From Nitrospirota bacterium (GTDB lineage: Bacteria > Nitrospirota > UBA9217), in NCBI GenBank assembly GCA_963796285.1, contig CAWCKW010000012.1:160001-224000 (forward strand): a stretch of 64,000 bases of DNA, read 5' to 3'. Positions within the stretch are counted from its first letter, which is position 1. The number at the start of each line of letters is the position of its first letter. Of this stretch, positions 61,453 through 64,000 are shown in pieces. The notes beneath the pieces are model-generated. The model was not told the DNA's origin and did no database searches. It saw only the letters and a program-made list of their open reading frames with translations. A program made the translations under genes and the position numbers.

Positions 61453-61555
61453 TAATACAAACGCACTGAGAATTGTGACAAAGTCAAAATAGTTGCCTCA
61501 TGTAATCAATGTGTTAAGATGACTCACTGTATCAATTTATTCTGCGTTTGCATTA
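61453..61555. mobile_element. 103-bp MITE-like element
   Basis: TAATACAAACGCA / TGCGTTTGCATTA termini (12/13); after removing both IS it is flanked by ACATGATAC / ACATGATGT. Confidence 0.55.
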
Positions 61556-61723
61556 ACATGATGTATTTCAAAATCAAGGCATAAGAACAGGCCTTGATCC
61601 CGTCCGCTAAAAAGGTTATGATCTTAAAGAAAGGCCAACCTTTTGCACGAATCAAAACTGAGAAAGCGGTGGATTAAAAAAGATTCAAAATTCAAGCTGT
61701 CGGTTTGTGTGGTACTGTAAATC

Positions 61724-62805
61724 ATGTATACGCCCTTAAAGACGCGCCGTCAATCCTCTGGAAACGAAAACCTATCCAGCTTACGTTTTTCCTGACTAGG
61801 CATTGCAACTCGAAATGCCCGTTCTGCTTCTATCTCCGGAACTCTGATGCGGCACCAACCGGGAATCAGGAATTGTCCGTTGAAGAGATCGGCAAAATTT
61901 CCGTGTTCCCTCGGGCCGCTTTTTTGGGTCGCCTTCTCGGGCGGCGAGATCTATCTGCGGGACGATCTGGCCGAGATCAGCAAGATATTTCATGACGTCA
62001 ACAAGCCGCCCGTCATCCTTTTCTCAACGAACGGAATGCTCCCGTCCGTGATTCGTTCGAAGACCGAGCGGATCCTGAAAGAATGCGGAAACAGCGTCAT
62101 CGCCGTGAAGCTCTCCCTTGACGGGGTCGGCAAAGATCATGACGCGGTGCGTGCGACGCCGGGGAGTTTTGAAAAGACTATCGAGACGTACAACCTGCTC
62201 GAACCGCTTCTGTCCGAATATCCCCATTTCGAGCTCGGCATCAACACCGTTTTCTGTTCCGAGAACCAGGACAAGATGGACGGGCTGATCGATTTCGTTG
62301 CCGGGTTGAAGAATATCGGAACGCACACGATTTCGCTCGTCCGGGGAAATCTGTCCGAGGGCCGGTACAAGGAGGTCGATCCGGGAAAATACCGGGCCGC
62401 GATCGGGAGGCTCGGAAAGAACCTGACGGACGGATGCGCGAAGACGTATCGCTTCGCGGGAGCGCGCATCAAGGCCGCGCAGGATGTCCTCCAGCGGAAG
62501 CTGATCCATCGCACGCTGCTCGAACAAAAAAGGGTGATACCGTGTTATGCTGGAAGACTGAACGTGGTGGTGACGGAAACAGGAGAGGTGAAGCCGTGCG
62601 AGATGCTGCGCCGTCTCTTTTGGAAACGTGAGGGATGCAGGCTATGACATCGAGGAAGGTCCTCAATTCAGCAAAGGCAAAAGAGATCGTCCGTGCGATA
62701 ACACAAGGAGAATGTTTCTGCACCCATGAATGCTACTTCATGACGAATATTCTGTTCAATCCAGGCCTGTACCCTCGGCTTTTTCAGGAATATGTGAAAA
62801 TATAA
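61724..62805 (+). pseudogene. Radical SAM/SPASM-twitch protein, frameshifted (possibly sequencing errors)
   Basis: LTRHCNSKCPFCFY, FSGGE, TNG, SLDG...HD.VR, CYAG...G.VKPCE, C.CTHEC across frames. Confidence 0.8.
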
Positions 62806-62810
62806 CTGTA

Positions 62811-64000
62811 TTACGGTCCGCGTTTAATCTTTTCCGCCGCGTTCATTCCCGACTCGATCGCATGGTCCATATTGTAATACCGGAACATACCGGACCGGCC
62901 GGCGTTATGGAGGTTCTCGAAGCCTGCGAGATACGCGGCGATCTCATTAAAATATTTATCGTAGCCGACCTCGAACAAAGGATATGCTTTCGGGACCCTC
63001 ACGATGACGCTGTCAAGCACTTCGCCGCGATTGATGAAGCCGAGCCGCTCGAGATGGTCAATCCCGATATCGGCGATCGTGCGGTCGTCTGCATTCCAGA
63101 TAACGTCGTCTTTGTAACAGAAAAATTCGAGCACGAGGAGGGTCTTCCCCTGAGGGGCCATAGCCTTGCTCCAGTTGGTCGGCTCGTGGAGTCTGCCGAA
63201 GGGGATCGCCCGCTCGGGGATATAGATCCATGTCTGGTCCGTCACTTTGGACCTGTCGATCATCACGGCCGCTATCACAAGGTCCCTGAACCTGAGTTTT
63301 GACGTTGCAGCCATCACCCGTTCCGGGGGAGCCGGGTCCAGCATTTTCACGAGGGCGGTAACCGGCATACTTGAAACGAATTGGCCCCCATACTCTCTGC
63401 GCGAGGCCCCGTCGCTATTCACAATGATACTTTCTATACTGCCACCCGCATGGTTGATCTGCTCGACCCGGGTCCGGGTAAAGACCCTGCCCGACTTCTC
63501 TATTCCATCCTTTAAGACCTCTGCGATGCGGCCGATACCGAGCCGGGGATACATAAAAAGAATCGACGAGTGTTGGAAACTCCCCGGTCTTTTTTTTGAA
63601 CGCGGCATTTACTATGGCCTTGGAAAGAGAAAGTCCCTGGATTCTCCAGGTCCACCCATTCCGCGCTGATCCGGCCGCAGTCGATCCCCCAGACCTTCTC
63701 GCTGTATTCCTTGAAGTAGATATCGAACATGGTCCGTCCGAAATGTGAGATCACCCAGTCTTCGAGTGAAGCCGTTTCCGGATCCCAGAAAATCCGTTTC
63801 ACCCGCTCGATGCCGTAACTGCCGAGTATCCTTAAGGTCGTCGGAATCCCTATGTCGAACGCCGCATTGAGCGGTTTCAAGGGATATTCGAAGTACTTCC
63901 CCCGCAGGAAGATACTGCTCTTGCGCGGCACGTTGATCAGCTCACCGTGCATCAGGTTTTTTACGAAGGCATCGATCCGCGGGTCTTTCGTGAAAAAACG
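62811..64000 (-). pseudogene. FAD-dependent oxidoreductase (protoporphyrinogen oxidase/UDP-galactopyranose mutase-like), 5'-truncated and frameshifted
   Basis: FG...F..YSEKVWG, F.YP..G.G, WIYIPE, GRSGMFRYYNMDHAIESG. Confidence 0.75.

Noticed and set aside
57526-64000. Mass pseudogenisation of the terminal cluster and both transposases
   Set aside because: Frameshifts begin abruptly near 57.9 kb and are single-base indels, often in short homopolymers. They hit host genes and IS elements with perfect TIRs alike, and I noticed no nonsense substitutions. Low-quality consensus explains this better than biology; read data are needed.

Overview
Bacterial chromosomal window. Gene content and order (aroE-pilB-pilT-pilC-pilS-pilR, an mqnL-type decarboxylase, Ehr clusters) suggest an anaerobic Nitrospirota or Desulfobacterota-like organism; this is inference. 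1-17.6 kb: a TauE/DUF1634 pair, then two complete but divergent hyfB-C-E-F-G-I clusters in tandem. Their large subunits lack all four [NiFe]-ligating cysteines, so they are Ehr-type complexes, not hydrogenases. All eight non-overlapping gene junctions inside these clusters are 190-330 bp long and filled with short palindromic elements of several families, often nested inside each other. The same families recur elsewhere in the window. 17.7-23.7 kb: an esterase lipoprotein, two hypothetical membrane proteins, and a PAS histidine kinase with His->Asn in its H-box, a 3x49-aa coiled-coil triplication and a decayed receiver domain. 23.8-56 kb: housekeeping genes (mltD, queE, rqcH, mazG, glnD, tamB, polA, tRNA-Thr, pgsA-like, aroE, type IV pilus genes, mqnL/ubiD, CNNM-CBS protein, purC). 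56.3-64 kb: a GT2/radical-SAM/flavoprotein cluster interrupted by a three-layer insertion stack (MITE-like element, IS5/IS427, IS1182). Beyond ~57.9 kb almost every ORF has single-base frameshifts, most likely consensus-sequence errors. No CRISPR array or rRNA was seen.
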